A stretch of 64,000 nucleotides of DNA, taken from NCBI GenBank assembly GCA_964016885.1, contig OZ024740.1, forward strand, positions 180,234,001-180,298,000, read 5' to 3'. Origin of the DNA: Eledone cirrhosa (taxonomy: Eukaryota). The translations under genes were made by a program, and so were the position numbers. Each line of letters starts with the position of its first letter. Position 1 is the first letter of the stretch. The notes below the pieces were generated by a model that did no database searches, was not told the DNA's origin, and saw only the letters and a list, made by a program, of their open reading frames with translations. Positions 11,601 to 25,681 of this stretch are shown here, piece after piece.

Positions 11601-13309
11601 GTAACCAGGCCGTTGTCTATGAAGTCTGTCTATGTCGATCTCATAGATCAAACATTTGTGGTCTGTGTGGTCGACTATTTTAAATTGTGGACAACTTATA
11701 CTAGCGTTATCTAGTTCTCTGCAGAAAACCCTATCGAGATACGATATGGATGACCCGATGCGGTTTGCCCATGTCCACATTGGCACATTCGGGTGATCCA
11801 GTCGATACCTGTCAGACAGTTCAAAACGTCTGAGCAGGTTGGTGAGGCTCTTGCACCCTCCTCCCCTATCCACTAGCCCCACCCGATCCTAGCGTGCATC
11901 CAAGATACCGTTCCAGTCGCCCACTAACTCTAAAGAGCGGGACGTTCCAAGAAAGGTCTCTAGATGTCTGAAGAAATCTGACCCTCCTGCCTCTGTTGGG
12001 GCGTAGACGGCTACTACCCTCAAAGCATTGCCTTCGCTGCCGGTCACGTCCAGCACCACCGACTTACCTGATGGGTCTAGGAAGATGACCCGTATCGCGA
12101 GTTCCAAGCCTCTCCGAAAAAAGACGGCGACCCCTCCCCCCGATCCTGGACGGCTGGGAGATGCGTATACATCGTAGCCGCCGAAGATCGGTGCGAAGGC
12201 TTGTGCTTCGGAGATTCTGGTTTCACTGATGGCCACCATATCTATGTTTAATGACTTGAGGTCGTTGAGCAGGTGACCCTGCTTCCAAGAAGATGTCAGT
12301 GTATATCCTCTTGGTAACCGACCCTCTGAAGTCTCCAACTGCGTTGGGGAATTTTTGTTTTAAAGGTTTGTACTGTTCTATTGAGATTTAGATGATGCTT
12401 ATGTTTGTCGGGAGAGTTCTTGGTGTTGGTGGGGTGTAGTAGGTTTTTTCTGTGATGTTTGTGTGCTGCTTTATATATTGTATGAGTTCTTTTTTTCCCA
12501 TGTGTATGGCTGTGTACTTTTTTGGGGGAGGGGTGATTTTGTTGCTGTTTTCTTCTTGTTGCTGTTTGGTGTTTGTGTCATGTTTGTTTGCGCTGTTGGT
12601 GTTTTTGGTGATGCTGGTGGTGGTGTGGTTGTTGTTGTCAGTGGTGCTTGTGGTGGTGTCTGCAAGTTTCCTTGCTGCCTTTACCCCTCTTTGTATGCCT
12701 TCACTTTTGGAGGTTGTATCTACGTTTTTTTTTCTTTTTTGTTTTTTTTGTGTCAGACCGTTTGCCCCTTCACTCCCGCCTCAAACTCCATGTCGGATTC
12801 TGTGGCGTCTGGGTGGTGTATGCGCTCCACGGCTGTTGGTGGTGGTAGTGTAACCTTCTTCGGCAATTTTGTTTCTTGTGTAGCTACTTCAAATGTAGCT
12901 ATTGGTGTTGCCGCCACTGATGATGCTGCTTTAGTTGTCCGTGGCCTTGGTACGGGTGCTACGGACGTTACCCTCCTACTTGCCGTGGAATGGGGCCCCT
13001 TTGTTTGTTGCCTACCCTGCTATTAGTAGCAGTGGACCTGGTATTGGAAGGAGAGGGTCCTTCTTCGCTGTCTTCTGCGGGCAAAAGTCACTGAGGTGAC
13101 CCTTCGACCCACAGAGATAACATTTTGGCCGTCTTCCTTCTACACTTATTGGGAGTTGGAGTCCTTTATCGATGTCTATGATATCGGGGATAGCGTCGAT
13201 ACATTCTTGGTCAGTTTGTATAAGCATTTGCATGCCTATACCTGACCAGTTCTCTCTCCCTATTGTTCTACTTGCAGCATGGTCGTCCTGTTCTCGATTC
13301 CAGCAAGGG
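8655..13309 (-). mobile_element. Tx1/L1-clade LINE copy A, 5'-truncated, frameshifted
   Basis: ORF1 knuckle CYLCGSKGHLSDFC; APE endonuclease (VAISET, VYAPT, VGDWN, SYLDRVF, TDHK); RT (FRPITLLN, DQSKAFD, RQGCSLS, AYADDV); C-terminal CPRC...HAHIQC; AATAAA and (ATT/CAT)n at the 3' end. Confidence 0.92.
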
Positions 13310-16300
13310 CACTACGGTGACATCGTCCGCAGATGGTAACACGGATCTTCCGCACCCTAGTTCGCGCGGGACCCGCCCTCCCTCTCAACGTCTCCAGTTT
13401 GTGCAGTAATGGCTCGCTCGAGAGTCAATACGTACAAGAGGGACGAGAGGGGACATCCTTGGCGGACCGAGCGCATGATGTTGAACGGTTCCGAAAGGTG
13501 AGCGTTCACTCTCACCACAGAGCAGATGTCGCTGTGCATGGCAGCAAACCAGCCTCTGAAGACGGGCCAAAAGCCAGCCGCCCTCAGGACTGCCGCCAGG
13601 TAACGCTGGTCGACCCTATCGAAGGCTTTCGACTGATCTAAATTTATCAAAGACCCACATGTGCCAGGTTCCCTAGCTACCCTCTCTACGATGTATCGCA
13701 TGAGGTGGAGGTTGTCGCGGATGGATCTGTCGGGAATGGCGCATGTCTGCGCCTCTCCCACCAGACCACCAACGACAAGCGCCAACCTCTTTGCTAGCAC
13801 CTTGGCCAATATCTTGAACTCTGTGTTTAGCAAAGTTATGGGCCTAAAATTATCTATATTATCCCCCTTGTTCGGATCCTTTCTCAGCAGCGCCACCGCT
13901 CTTCGGCTCACAGAGCTGGGAATTCTCCCGTTCTGTTGCCAGTTGCAGTAGATGTCCGCCAAGAGGCCTCCGAACAAGTCTGTCATTTGTAGGTAAAGTT
14001 CATAGGGCAGACCATCCAAACCAGGCGATTTACCCCTTGTGCAGCCAGTGATTGCCTCCCGTACTTCAGCGGCTGTTATCGGCTTTTCGCAACACTCCAC
14101 CTCAGTGGCCGAGAGCCGCGGCAGTCCGTCGAGGTAGACACTAAATTCCATCCCTTGATCCGGCCCGCCACTGCCCCCGAACAGTTGAGCGAAGTGTCGC
14201 TGAAAAGCTTCACATATCTGCCCGGGATCGAGTAGCATGCGCCCGTTGTGGTCCACCAAAGACCGGGTCGTAGCTTTGTTGCCACGACGCGCCTCCGCTA
14301 CTCGGGCCCATTGAACGGCTTTCGTCCACTCGTGTCTGAGAGCACACATCCTAGCTCTGACAACGCAGCCTTCGTGCTTTGCATTGAAGAATTGGTCAAG
14401 GGCCAATTTCGCCGCAAGTACGTCGGTCGCGATGCCTTTGCAAAGCGCCTCGTCTAATTTTCTAACTAATTCTCCCTCTGCTCTATTTTTCTCTATTGCT
14501 AAAGCCTTACTAAACCTAATGGACTCTATTCTAATTGCTCTTTTCAGAGCAAACCACCACTTGTTGTTGACGATGGCCCCCGTCAACGCCCGCTTTACTA
14601 GTTCGCTAAATCGGTCTCCGTAGCCTTGCGCGCTGGAAAGGACGCGTTTAGCTTCCAGTAGCCGTGTCCTCGTCTATGAAGCCTATCTAAGTCAAGCACA
14701 CAGATCACGAATTTGTGGTCCGTGTAGCTGACTATCTTGAATTGTGGACAGCCTATGCTAGACCTATCTATTTCCCTACAAAATACTCTATCTAGATATG
14801 ATCTGGATGACCCTATGCGATTTGTCCAATTCTACATTGGTACATTCGGGAAATCCAATCGGTACCTGTCATACAGTTCAAAACGCATGAGCAGGTTGGT
14901 GAGTCTATTACACCCTCCTCCCCTATCCACTCATCCCACAGAATCCCAGCGTGCATCTAAGATCCCGTTCCAGTCGCCCACTAACACTAAAGAGCGGAAC
15001 GTTCCAAGAAAGGTCTCCAGATGCCGGAAGAAATCAGGCCACCCTGCTCCTGTCGGAGCATAGACGGCCACTAACCTGAAAGCTTGCCCGTCTCCGCTGG
15101 TCACGTCCAGCACCACCAACTTACCTTCTGGGTCCAGGAAGATGGCCCGTATGGCAAGATCTAAAACTCTCCGAAAAAGCACAGCAACTCCTTCCCCCCG
15201 ATGCCGGACGGCTGGGAGATGCGTACACATCGTAGCTGCCGAAGATCGGTGCGAAGGCCGGTGCTTCGCAGATTCTGGTCTCGCTGATGGCCACTACATC
15301 TATGTTTACTGACCTGAGATCGTTGATCAGGTGGCCCTGCTTCCATACAGACCCCAAGCCACGCGCATTTATGCTGCCTATTCTGAGTGAGGTCATGTTG
15401 AAAAGATGGAAAAGATGGGAAAGACCACTTACCTTACTTCTCGTAGAGGAAGGACGGTTTTTTCATCCTTTTCACTGCTTGTGGCCTCCTCAGGAATGAT
15501 GTCCTTATAAATCCTCCTGGACAGTGCTTGTCGGAAGTCTCCGATGCATTTGGGGAATTTTTGTTTTAGTGTCATGAACGTTTTCTGTGTGATGCGAGTG
15601 ATTTGTATGTGTGGAGGTGGTGTGAATTTTTGGGTTGTTGTGTAGTCTTTTTCTGTGATGTTGGTGTTGTGTTGGATGTAGTGTAATAATTGTTTGTTGT
15701 TCAAATTGAATGCTGTGTAGTGTGTATCGTTTTGGTTGTTTTGTTATTTTTGCGATTGTTGTGGGTTTGTTTCTGTTTCTGTGGTGTAGGTGATGGTGGT
15801 GTTGGGGTTAATGATGGTGATGGTGTTGGTGTTTGGGGTGATGGGGTTGGTGATGCTGGTGTGGATGGTGGCATGTCTGTCCTAACTTTTTTGTTTGATA
15901 GTTTATTTGTTTCCCTCTGTATTTTGTTTTTTGAGGGGGAAAAAAATAGATTTTTTTCTTTTTTGGTTTCTTTTTTTTTCTTTTTTCCTGATACCGTTTC
16001 CCACTCCTCGTCGTCACTATCTGTCTCCATTCGCGATAAGCCGGGGATTGGAAAATCCTCCACAGGCGTTGGTTTTGTTTATGGCGTGGTGGATGGTGTA
16101 GGCGTTGGTGCTAGTTCTGGGGAGTTGGGTGGTGGTGGTGTTGGTTTTGCTACTGCTGCTGGGGTTGTTGCTGTTACTGTTGCTTCTGTTGTTGCTGCTA
16201 CAGTTGTTGCTGCTATTTCTGCTGCTGGTGGTGTTGATGGTTGAGTCACTGGCGTGGGTAAGAGAGGTGGCCTCAACCTTTCAGCCTGATGGCAGAAAAC

Positions 16301-17586
16301 CCTTAGGTGGGTTTCTTCACCACAAACGACACACCTAGGTTTTCTGCCCTCGACGATTACGGTGAAGTGGCTGCCGTCAGTGAAGTCTATTACCTCTGGG
16401 ATCTCCTCAATGCTTTTATGGTCCGCTTGGTTCAGGAGCTCCATCCCAGATCCGGACTAGTTCTCTTGCTTTTCTTTTGCTATTTCTATTATTTTGGTGT
16501 TGGTCTCGATGCCGGCGAGGAAGGCAGCCATTAGCCAGGGAATTTCGATGGCCGGTGGAACGTGGGTCACCTTGATTTTCACAAGTTTCTGGCAACAATA
16601 ACTTGGGATGAGTGTGAAGTCGTCACTTCTTAATGGGGCCATGGAGTGTTCTCTGGCCTCCTGTGGTGTTTCAAAGAACACGTCTACGGTTCCATACTTC
16701 TCTCCACGTCTGATGCGGGTTTTTTTTGCCCACACATGTCCCAAAGCTTTTTGGATTTGGGACTCAGATGCCCGTTCCACTCGGCGCGATTTTATGTTTA
16801 TTGACCGATATGACACGGTGCATAGGCAACGTTGCTCCATTTTATTAGGTGTGTGGGGGGGGGGCTGACCCTGTACCCATCTTCCTTTACCATTCCTTTG
16901 GTTTCGTCTAATTCTTCCTGAGTTACCTGGATCGCTTCGCACGTTTTTGCTACTCTAGCAAAACTCAGGGTAGTTTTCTTAATTTCATTGTTGCTGTTGT
17001 TATTATCGTTATTTTTGCTATTTGTAATTTTAGTTTCAGTTGTGGTGGTGGTGGCGTCAGTGGTGTTCGGTGTGGAAGAGTTCATTTTGGTTCATTTCGA
17101 TATCATGAGTTAATTTATTTTTTTCTTTTGTTTCTGTTGTCGCTGTGGTGGTGGTGGTGGTGGTAGTGGTGGTTGTCGCGGTGATGGTGGTGGCGGCTTG
17201 AACACCTGCAGTCATTGGTAATGGCGGTAAATGAACGTCTGCCTGAAACAAATTTAAAATATTGCTTCTGCTTACAATTCCAGTGTTGGCAAACGTAGCA
17301 ATGTTTACAATGGTGGTGTCGGTGTGAGGTGTTGGATTGTGAGGAAGGAGTGAATCTGAGTCATACATTATTATTCACAGAAAACAAATTTTGTTTGATA
17401 ATTATAAAAAGTTTAAATTTTGGGCTCAAGGCCCATATATTTTTGAGTGTCCTTTTCAGAAATCAATGTATGTGCACTTATATATAGTTAACAATAAAAA
17501 TTTTCCATAAATGGCAATTTTAAATAACTGAAAATAACAAACCTTTGCGGAGCTCACGATGATACGATTTACTACGTAGGTCGCCA
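13310..17586 (-). mobile_element. Tx1/L1-clade LINE copy B, 5' end apparently intact, 3'-truncated just after the YADD-equivalent motif
   Basis: ORF1 pieces 16457-16942 and 16079-16444 (CVVCGEETHLRVFC); ORF2 start MTSLRIGSINARGL at 15396; ORF 13357-14586 with KSPGLDGLP, FRPITLLN, DQSKAFD, VRQGCPLS. Confidence 0.92.
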
Positions 17587-17587
17587 A

Positions 17588-17662
<75 letters not shown>

Positions 17663-17663
17663 C
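17587..17663. repeat. (AAT)n microsatellite separating LINE insertions
   Basis: Direct reading. Confidence 0.95.
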
Positions 17664-18535
17664 AAGGAGGAAGAAATAACATCAAGGAGGAAGAGCAGCC
17701 TTAAGGGAAAATCCCTTCATAGTACCTTCTTTGAGAAAACTGAATTTAGAGATCCACAGACAGGGAACTGGTTGAGAAGAGGAGACCTCAAAAAGGCTGC
17801 AGAAGGAATGCTAATGGCTGCGCAGGAGCAGGCCCTCAAAACGAAGTGGTTGAAGCACCATATCTACAAGGAGGAGGCTAGCCCACTGTGCAGGATCTGT
17901 GGAGAGAGAGAGGACACTGTGGCTCACATTGTGTCCGAGGATAAACACCTAGCCCAGACCCACTATAAGGGCTGGAGACATGATGTGATGGGCAGGGTGT
18001 TCCACTGGCACTTGTGCAAAGTAAACAATTTACCCCATTCTGAGAAGTGGTATGAGCATAGGCCAGAGGCGGTGATGGAGAACAATCAGGTGAAGGTGCT
18101 GTGGGATTTTAGGATACAGACGGACAAAAAACTGGAACACAATAGACCTGACCTGGTGGTTGTGGACAAAGAAAAAAGATCGTGCCTGATTGTGGATGTG
18201 GCCTGCCTATTCGACACGAGAGTGCAAGAGAAGGAGAGGGAGAAAATTAACCGATACCAGGACCTAAAGTGGGAGGTGAAAAGGATTTGGAACTGCCATG
18301 AAGTCAAAGTGATCCCGATTGTCATAGGCGCACTGGGGACTATCTCCAAAAGTTTCCAGGGATGGTTAAAGAAAATCGGCCCCTTCACGCTTTTTGGAAC
18401 GCTTCAAAAGGCATGCTTGCTTGGAACAGCAAGAACCCTCCGATATGTCCTGAATATCTGAGGCTGCAGGTAGAGGCTTGATATCCAATCCAACGGACTT
18501 TCCAGTTAACCAACATCAATGACTGAGATTCAAGG
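17664..18535 (+). mobile_element. R4/Dong-type non-LTR retrotransposon 3' fragment (zinc-knuckle-like motif + restriction-like endonuclease)
   Basis: ORF 17772-18461: CRICGEREDTVAHIVS, RHD, LWDFRIQTD, NRPDLVVVDK, IVDVAC, EKINRYQDL, PIVIGALG; flanked by (AAT)n. Confidence 0.9.
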
Positions 18536-18589
18536 AATAACAACAACAATAATAATAATAATAATAATAACACTTAATAATAATAATAG

Positions 18590-21500
18590 TAACACTTCGA
18601 ATCCCAGGGTTGGGGCGGAATCACTGACAACAGAACAAATTAAAGAAATTATCAAAAAAGTGGAGGAAGTGCATGCTCAAGATGAAACTCAAAATGAAAA
18701 CAATGAGATCGTAAATGATAAAGAAAGGAATGAGAATGAACTTGCCAACTTGAAGGATGAACTTATGATCGAATGGATGAAAATGAAAGAATCTGACATG
18801 GGGGAACGTGACACCCTCCCTAAGATCCTGAGCTCCAAACAGAACCAAAAGATAATACACAAGACTAACATAATTCTCATAACATTATCATCAGAAAGAA
18901 ACTAAACATTACTGATTTAAATCATCTCTATTATGTATCGGCTAAAGTCACCATTCACTTATGTGGTGTGAAAATGAAAAAACAAAGGAATTCCCACAAG
19001 AAATCTACTTGGCAAGAGAACATCAATCGCCAAATAAACCTCCGATCTGCCATAGAAATTTTAACAAACTATAAATTAAGTGAACATGTTAAACAAACTA
19101 AACTTGGAAAATTGAAAACAAAGTACAGTATAAAATCAACAAGTGACATAGACATGCTGATAGAAATAATCAAGCAAAAAGTGTCGGCCAAAGCTACTCG
19201 TATAAGACGCTTTGAAAAACGATCTAGATTCTATAAGGAAAATAATATGTTCAAAAACAACCAAAGAAACTTCTACAGAAAAATTGGTAAGTCAACAATA
19301 ACTGCTAAATCAATACCACCCAAGGAGGAAGTGCAAGAATTCTGGGAAAAGATCTGGGCCGAAGAAAAAGTTCATAATACACATGTCCCATGGATAGACA
19401 GACAAATGAAGTATACAACTCACCTTGACGAACAAATATGGGAAAATATAACAGTTGAACAGTTGCGTATGGCTCATCGAAAAACCATCAAATGGAAATC
19501 CCAAGGAAAAGAAAAAAAAACAAATTTTTGGATAAATGCCTTCACAGAGTATCATGAGCTGTTCGCCTAACTTTACAATGAAATAGTTAAGGAGCCAGAA
19601 AAGATACCATCATGGCTAGTTAACGGCATAACATTCCTGCTTCCGAAGAATGATGAGACAAACAATCCCAAAAATTACAGACCAATAACATGCTTGACCA
19701 CAATGTATAAAATGTTAACATCAGTCCTAACTGAATATACATATGACCATCTGATAACAAATGACCTATTTCCCATTGAGCAGAAAGGGTGTAAACGAGG
19801 CTCATATGGCTGTAAGGATCAGCTTTTGGTTAACAAAATCATATTGGAAGATTGTCATAATAGACACAAAAATCTATCAATTGCTTGGATAGATTATAAA
19901 AAAGCATTCGATAGTTTGCCACACAGTTGGATTGAAAAATGAAGACATGGAAAACGACAATCCTTTTGAATAGTGAAACAAAATCACTGGAAGCTGGAGA
20001 AGTTAATATTAATTGTGGAATTTTTCAGGGTGACTCTTTATCATCGCTTTTATTCTGCATGGCACTTATACCATTAAGTATAATGCTCAATGAAACAAAC
20101 ATGGATATAAAGTCTATGACAAAACCATTAATCACTTGTTCTACATGGATGACCTGAAACTATTTTCAAACAATGATGAACAATTGCAAGAGCTATTATC
20201 CACTGTGGAGCAGTTCAGTGATGACATTAAAATGGAGTTTGGAATAGATAAATGCGCCAAAGCAATGTTCACCAGAGGAAAGCTGCTGAAAATTCAGACA
20301 TTAATCTTGATCAGGGGAATGTGATAAGAGAACTTGATCAAGAGGAAACTTACAAATATCTAGATGCTTGTGAAAGAGACGGAATCAAGCACTCGGCAAT
20401 GAGGGAAAGGATAAGGAAGGAATGTTACCGCAGAGTAAGAGCAATCTTAAGAACGGAATTGAATGCAAGGAATAGGATCGATGCCATAAACACGCTTGCC
20501 ATACCAGTAGTAACCTACAGATACAATGTCATCAACTGGTCAAGCACAGAGATCCGTAGGCTCGATACAAAAATTATAAAATTCTTAACCATGCACAGAA
20601 TGCATCACCCTAAGGCAGATACAGATAGAATATATCTCCCTAGGAAAGAAGGAGGACGCGGGTTAATCCAGTTAGATATTGCGTTGAAAACTGCAACAAT
20701 TGGATTATCTACATATCTAAGGGAATCACATGATTGGATGATCAAACTCGTTTTGAAACACGAAAGCTTCAAAAGATCATACTCCATTACAAAAGATGCA
20801 CAAAGATACAGTAATGGACTACACATTTCAGAAGTCCCATTTACTGCTGATTGAAAAACACAGAAAAAGCAAAGCAGGTAAAAGTAACTGCAAAGAAAGA
20901 ACTGCTACAGAAACTGGCTAATAAATAACAAGAAAAGCCCCTGTATGGAAAATACCCAGAACGAGCTAACAATCCTGATGTTGACAAAACTTTAACCCAT
21001 CAGTGGTTGGCATCCGCTAGACTGAAATCGGAGACTGAAGGACTGATTATATCAGCATAAGATCAGTGTCAGCCAACAAAAAATTACCGAGCCAACATAA
21101 TAAAAAATGGATGCAGCCCATTATGCCGTGTATGTAAAAAACAACCAGAGACCATTGATCATATAATTTCAATGGGCTGTCCTATAGCTCCAACCGAATA
21201 CCTAAACAGGCATGACAGAGCTGCACAATACATACATTGGACAATGTGTAAGCATTTTGACCTGCCCCATCAAAAGCATAGGTGGGAGAATCAACCACCT
21301 CCCATACTTGAAAAAGATCACATCTCAATCTTTTGGAACTTTAGCATCCAAACAGTCCGAAAAATAGATGCAAATAGACCTGATATAATATTGAAGGACT
21401 TTAAAAAAGGGTATGCCTGCTAATTGATATGTCTGTTCCAATAGACAAGAATGTATCTATAAAAACATTTGAAAAATTGAGCAAGTATAAGGACCTGGAG

Positions 21501-21858
21501 ATAGAAATTTGAAAAATTTGGAAATTGAGAACTAAAACAATACCAATGGTTGTAGGTGCTCTGGGAATGATACCTAAGGGGTCTAATGATTACTTATCGC
21601 AAATCCAAGGAAACCCGCGTATAGGGGAAATACAAAAGATAGTACTAATGGGAACTGCCCATATACTAAGGAAGATTCTGTCAATATAAGTACATCACAA
21701 GTCTAAACACTAAAGATGCATGTGTGAGTATGTATGTTCTTTCTTGAACATGGCGGACCTTGTTGTCTCTTGAGGTCACTGGTTGTGACTTGGTGATAAC
21801 TCGTATGAACATAAAGCAAGATAAATGCAACTGTAATAATAATAATAATAATAATAAT
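18590..21858 (+). mobile_element. R4/Dong-type non-LTR retrotransposon, RT + RLE, degraded
   Basis: NYRPITCL, EQKGCKRGSYGCKDQLL, AWIDYKKAFDS, GIFQGDSLS, FYMDDLKL, RIYLPRKEGGRGL, CRVC, RHD, NRPDII; stops and frameshifts; (AAT)n tail. Confidence 0.92.
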
Positions 21859-22511
21859 ACACTATTAATAATTATTAATTGTTTCTACTTTATGCACAAG
21901 GCCAGCAATTACCTAGTGCATTACTGGTACTTTATTTTATCGACCCCGTAAGGATGAAAGGCAAAGTCAACCCCCCCCCAAAAAAACTCACTTATTGACA
22001 CTTATACCTACGACACACACACGCTCATACGTACGCCGCACACGCACGCATACAAAGTCAACTATTAATAATTATTAATGCAATCGTGCAATGCCTGTGC
22101 GTGACGAATAATTTTAAAGTGAGGAAAGACTGTGCACTGAGCCAATCCCACTTTCTGAGCGACAGTAGCCACAACCTGAAAAGAAGAAAAGATCAACATC
22201 ATCGGTAACTACTGCGCCGCGGGTTTTATGTCGGAGTTAACCCAGTTTCCTGAGATGCCTTCTCCTAGAAGAATGCCCATACAAGACTAGGGGTTCTTCA
22301 CTCCCAGTGGTTTAACTGCGCGATCGGGCATGCAGCCCAATTATTTCTATGTGCCCGATGGTAAAAAACCCCCCAAAAAACTCACTTATTGACACTTATA
22401 CGTACGACATACACACACGCGCATACATACACGCGCACACGCACGCATACATACGCGCGCACACAGCAACACACATACATACAAACACACACACACACTC
22501 TACTCACTTAT

Positions 22512-22611
<100 letters not shown>

Positions 22612-23134
22612 CCGTCATTATTGATACAAGATTACAAGATTATGTCAAATTTTGACTTTCAAGAGTTCGTATAGTTGAAGCCGCTCGTATTACAGTCCAG
22701 TATTATTATAATTGCTTTACAGCATAGAGCTATGGCTCTCCACGCTCTGAGCTCAAATCCCGCCGAGGTCAACCTTGCCTTTCATCCCCATGGAATCAAC
22801 ACAAGAGAGTACCAGTAATGCGCTGGACCAGTCGCTGGATCCGTGCCAAAGGCAGAAAAATTATTATTATTAAAGTTGTTTTCTTAAGGCCCGGTCGCTG
22901 GTGATGGTGATGTCGGCAGTGGTGGTGGTGGCAGTTGATGTTTTTGTTGTGTTGTGTGCGTGTGTGTGTTTTGTTATTTTGAGTTTTTGTTTTTTGTTTG
23001 TTGGTTTTTTTCCCCCTTTTTTTATCGTTTGATGCCGCTGTTGTTGTAAATGTTCATTTCAATTCATTCTAAAGCTGTTGTTGCTGTAAACATTAGATTA
23101 CATACATACATACTTACATACATACAACCATACA

Positions 23135-23450
23135 TCTACGTACCATTGATGAGGAGTTTACAAATCCAGTATCCAAGATACACCTTTAGCTTCATACCCA
23201 TCATTATTGGAGTTACGGCTTATATACAAACCCGCTTGGACCAATGTATAAATGAACTTTGATTTGCGGAGAAAGAGCGCAGCTCCCTAACTCATAGTCT
23301 ACAAATGGCTGCGATAGCTGGGACCTTGAAAATTTGCAAAACGTTCTTGCGATTCAAGGATGACAATTTATTTTCTTTTACAACCTTGCCACCAGGACAG
23401 GAAAATGGCCGGTCAAAAATATACTCGAAATTATGAGTAAGATTTAACAT
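23135..23450 (+). mobile_element. 3' tip of an RLE-type LINE
   Basis: YVPLMRSLQIQYPRYTFSFIPIIIG...LQMAAIAGTLKICKTFLRF resembles RLE LINE C-termini. Confidence 0.55.
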
Positions 23451-23453
23451 ACA

Positions 23454-23530
<77 letters not shown>

Positions 23531-23933
23531 TATATTATATTTTGAGAATAAACTCTCAGTCGTTTACAATAATTAAGCTCCAGGAAAAGGGGCTTTTCCG
23601 AGCAGTTAAATACATTAAAATATATGATAAACACGAAACATGTTTACATTGTAACAGACGAAGTTAGCTATTAATGAAATAAACTAATTAAAGTGAATAC
23701 AAATTGTCTGTCTCGATATATGTCAATAAAGACAAGCTTATATTGGCAACGGCCATGATTCTTGGACAGATTTAAATTTCAAAATGCAAACCCGTTCCGT
23801 AGACGAATTTGAACCTCGAAACCTAAAGAGAATCGAAATGGAATAGAAATAAAAAGTGAAATTTCCAAATCTTCTGTGCTTATCAACAGGAATCCAGTAA
23901 AATTAGTATATCTCACATCTGATATATATATAT

Positions 23934-24130
23934 ATGGCTTAGTGATTAGAGCATTGGGCTTGCAATCGAAAGTTTGTGAGTCAATTCTCGGACCGGGTGA
24001 TGTGGTTTTTCTTTGAGCAAGACATTTTATTTCACGTTGCTCCAGTTTACTCAGCTGTAGAAATGAGTACCGGCCTGCCCGTCCAGCCAGTGGGATGGCG
24101 CAATCTTATGGCTAAAATAGCACGACGTGC
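23934..24130 (+). mobile_element. tRNA-derived SINE
   Basis: A-box-like tggcttagtga, degenerate B box, then cttgagcaagaca...cagctgtagaaatgagtacc, a typical SINE central domain. Confidence 0.6.
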
Positions 24131-24196
24131 TGCGACCAGCGACGCCAGTCGGTGCCCGACAGACTGGTCTGTCAAAGTGATCAATGTGATACATGA

Positions 24197-24397
24197 AAAT
24201 GTTTAACCCCGACGGCAGAACTCAAGCCGTTTCGACGGCTATATCTGGACTAATATTCAGTCCAGAAACAGCCGTCAAAACATCTTGAGATCTGCCGTCC
24301 GGGTTAAGCATTTCCCTATTACCCACTCTACTACCCTAAGTATTGAACACTGTGGTGCGTTTTGGTCCATCTTGTTCCTTACCACACTTCCTTCGTT
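24197..24397 (+). repeat. Family R1 solo copy with 5' fold-back hairpin
   Basis: 24197-24313 is a ~115-nt imperfect palindrome centred on aatatt, followed by the R1 tail and (TA)n. Confidence 0.8.
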
Positions 24398-24483
24398 ATA
24401 TATATATATATATTTACATATTTAATACATATATAGCTGATACATTTGTTTCTCGGTATGGTGAACTAACTGTTGTGGAACAA

Positions 24484-24535
<52 letters not shown>

Positions 24536-25079
24536 TATATATATATATATAGATATATATATATATATATAGATATAGATATATATATATAACACAGATA
24601 CGACGGTTCTGTAATTGTAATTATGTAACAAAACACATTTCAAGAAAATAATGATGCTCTAAAATTTCAAACATTATTTTATCATAAAGAACTATTGTAT
24701 ATCATCTAAAGACACACGTTCATAATTGATATTCTAAAGATTTTTGGCACGTTCCAATAGAGGAATAAGTTTTGGGCCGTTTTTGGCAAGGTTAGATTCT
24801 GGTCTCTATCATTAACACAGAAATACTGCTTGCATAACTAGAGAGTTAGAACAATTTAGTTAATTATATATAGTCCGTTTGCCTAAAATATATCTTTCTA
24901 TTTTTTTTTTCTAACGGTTATCAAATCGTTACAGTCGTTGTTTTACCATATTCATTTTCCATAATGGCACAAGTTCACTCACAAATTGTTTCCTTTCTCA
25001 TTCTCATCTCATCGTTCTCTGCATTTACGTCTCTCTGTTCCCCTTACTCTCTCCCTTTTTATATATTTAACTCTATATG

Positions 25080-25174
<95 letters not shown>

Positions 25175-25328
25175 AATAAATGCTCTGAAATAGCGATATA
25201 TATGTGAAGATAGACATAGAATATTCGAAAATATTCTGTATGTTTGTAATAAACATTTTGAAGACCTAATCGCTATAGAATAGAATACGTCACGTATTAC
25301 AATTAGATTCTCGATAAAAGCAAGGGAA

Positions 25329-25371
25329 GTAACCTACGCGTTTCATTCTTATTAGAAATCTTCAGGATAAC
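25329..25371 (-). ncRNA. Minimal type I hammerhead ribozyme, family B
   Basis: Minus strand gttatc-CTGAAGA-t-ttct-aata-agaa-t-GAAAC-GC-GTA-ggttac (one stem I mismatch). Confidence 0.85.
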
Positions 25372-25638
25372 ATATCCAGTGCTTTTATCGAGAATGACAC
25401 AGCTAGAGACTTATAGAATACTTAGCTGTGTACAGGAACTGGTTTGAAAGAGCGGTTGCCGGTCCGGCAGAAATTAGAAATTGGAATAAATGCTCTGAAA
25501 TAGCGATATATATGTGAAGATAGACATAGAATATTCGAAAATATTCTGTATCTTTATAATAAACATTTTGAAGACCTAATCGCTATAGAATAGAATACGT
25601 CACGTATTACAATTAGATTCTCGATAAAAGCAAGGGAA

Positions 25639-25681
25639 GTAACCTACGCGTTTCATTCTTATTAGAAATCTTCAGGATTAC
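25639..25681 (-). ncRNA. Minimal type I hammerhead ribozyme, family B
   Basis: Minus strand gtaatc-CTGAAGA-tttctaataagaat-GAAAC-GC-GTA-ggttac. Confidence 0.88.

Noticed and set aside
12452-17368. Plus-strand hydrophobic ORFs and Thr/Pro-rich mucin-like ORFs
   Set aside because: Antisense shadows or low-complexity parts of LINE ORF1.
21972-22420. Direct repeat ccccccaaaaaactcacttattgacacttata flanking ~330 bp
   Set aside because: Too short and degenerate to call LTRs or a TSD; interior unclassified.
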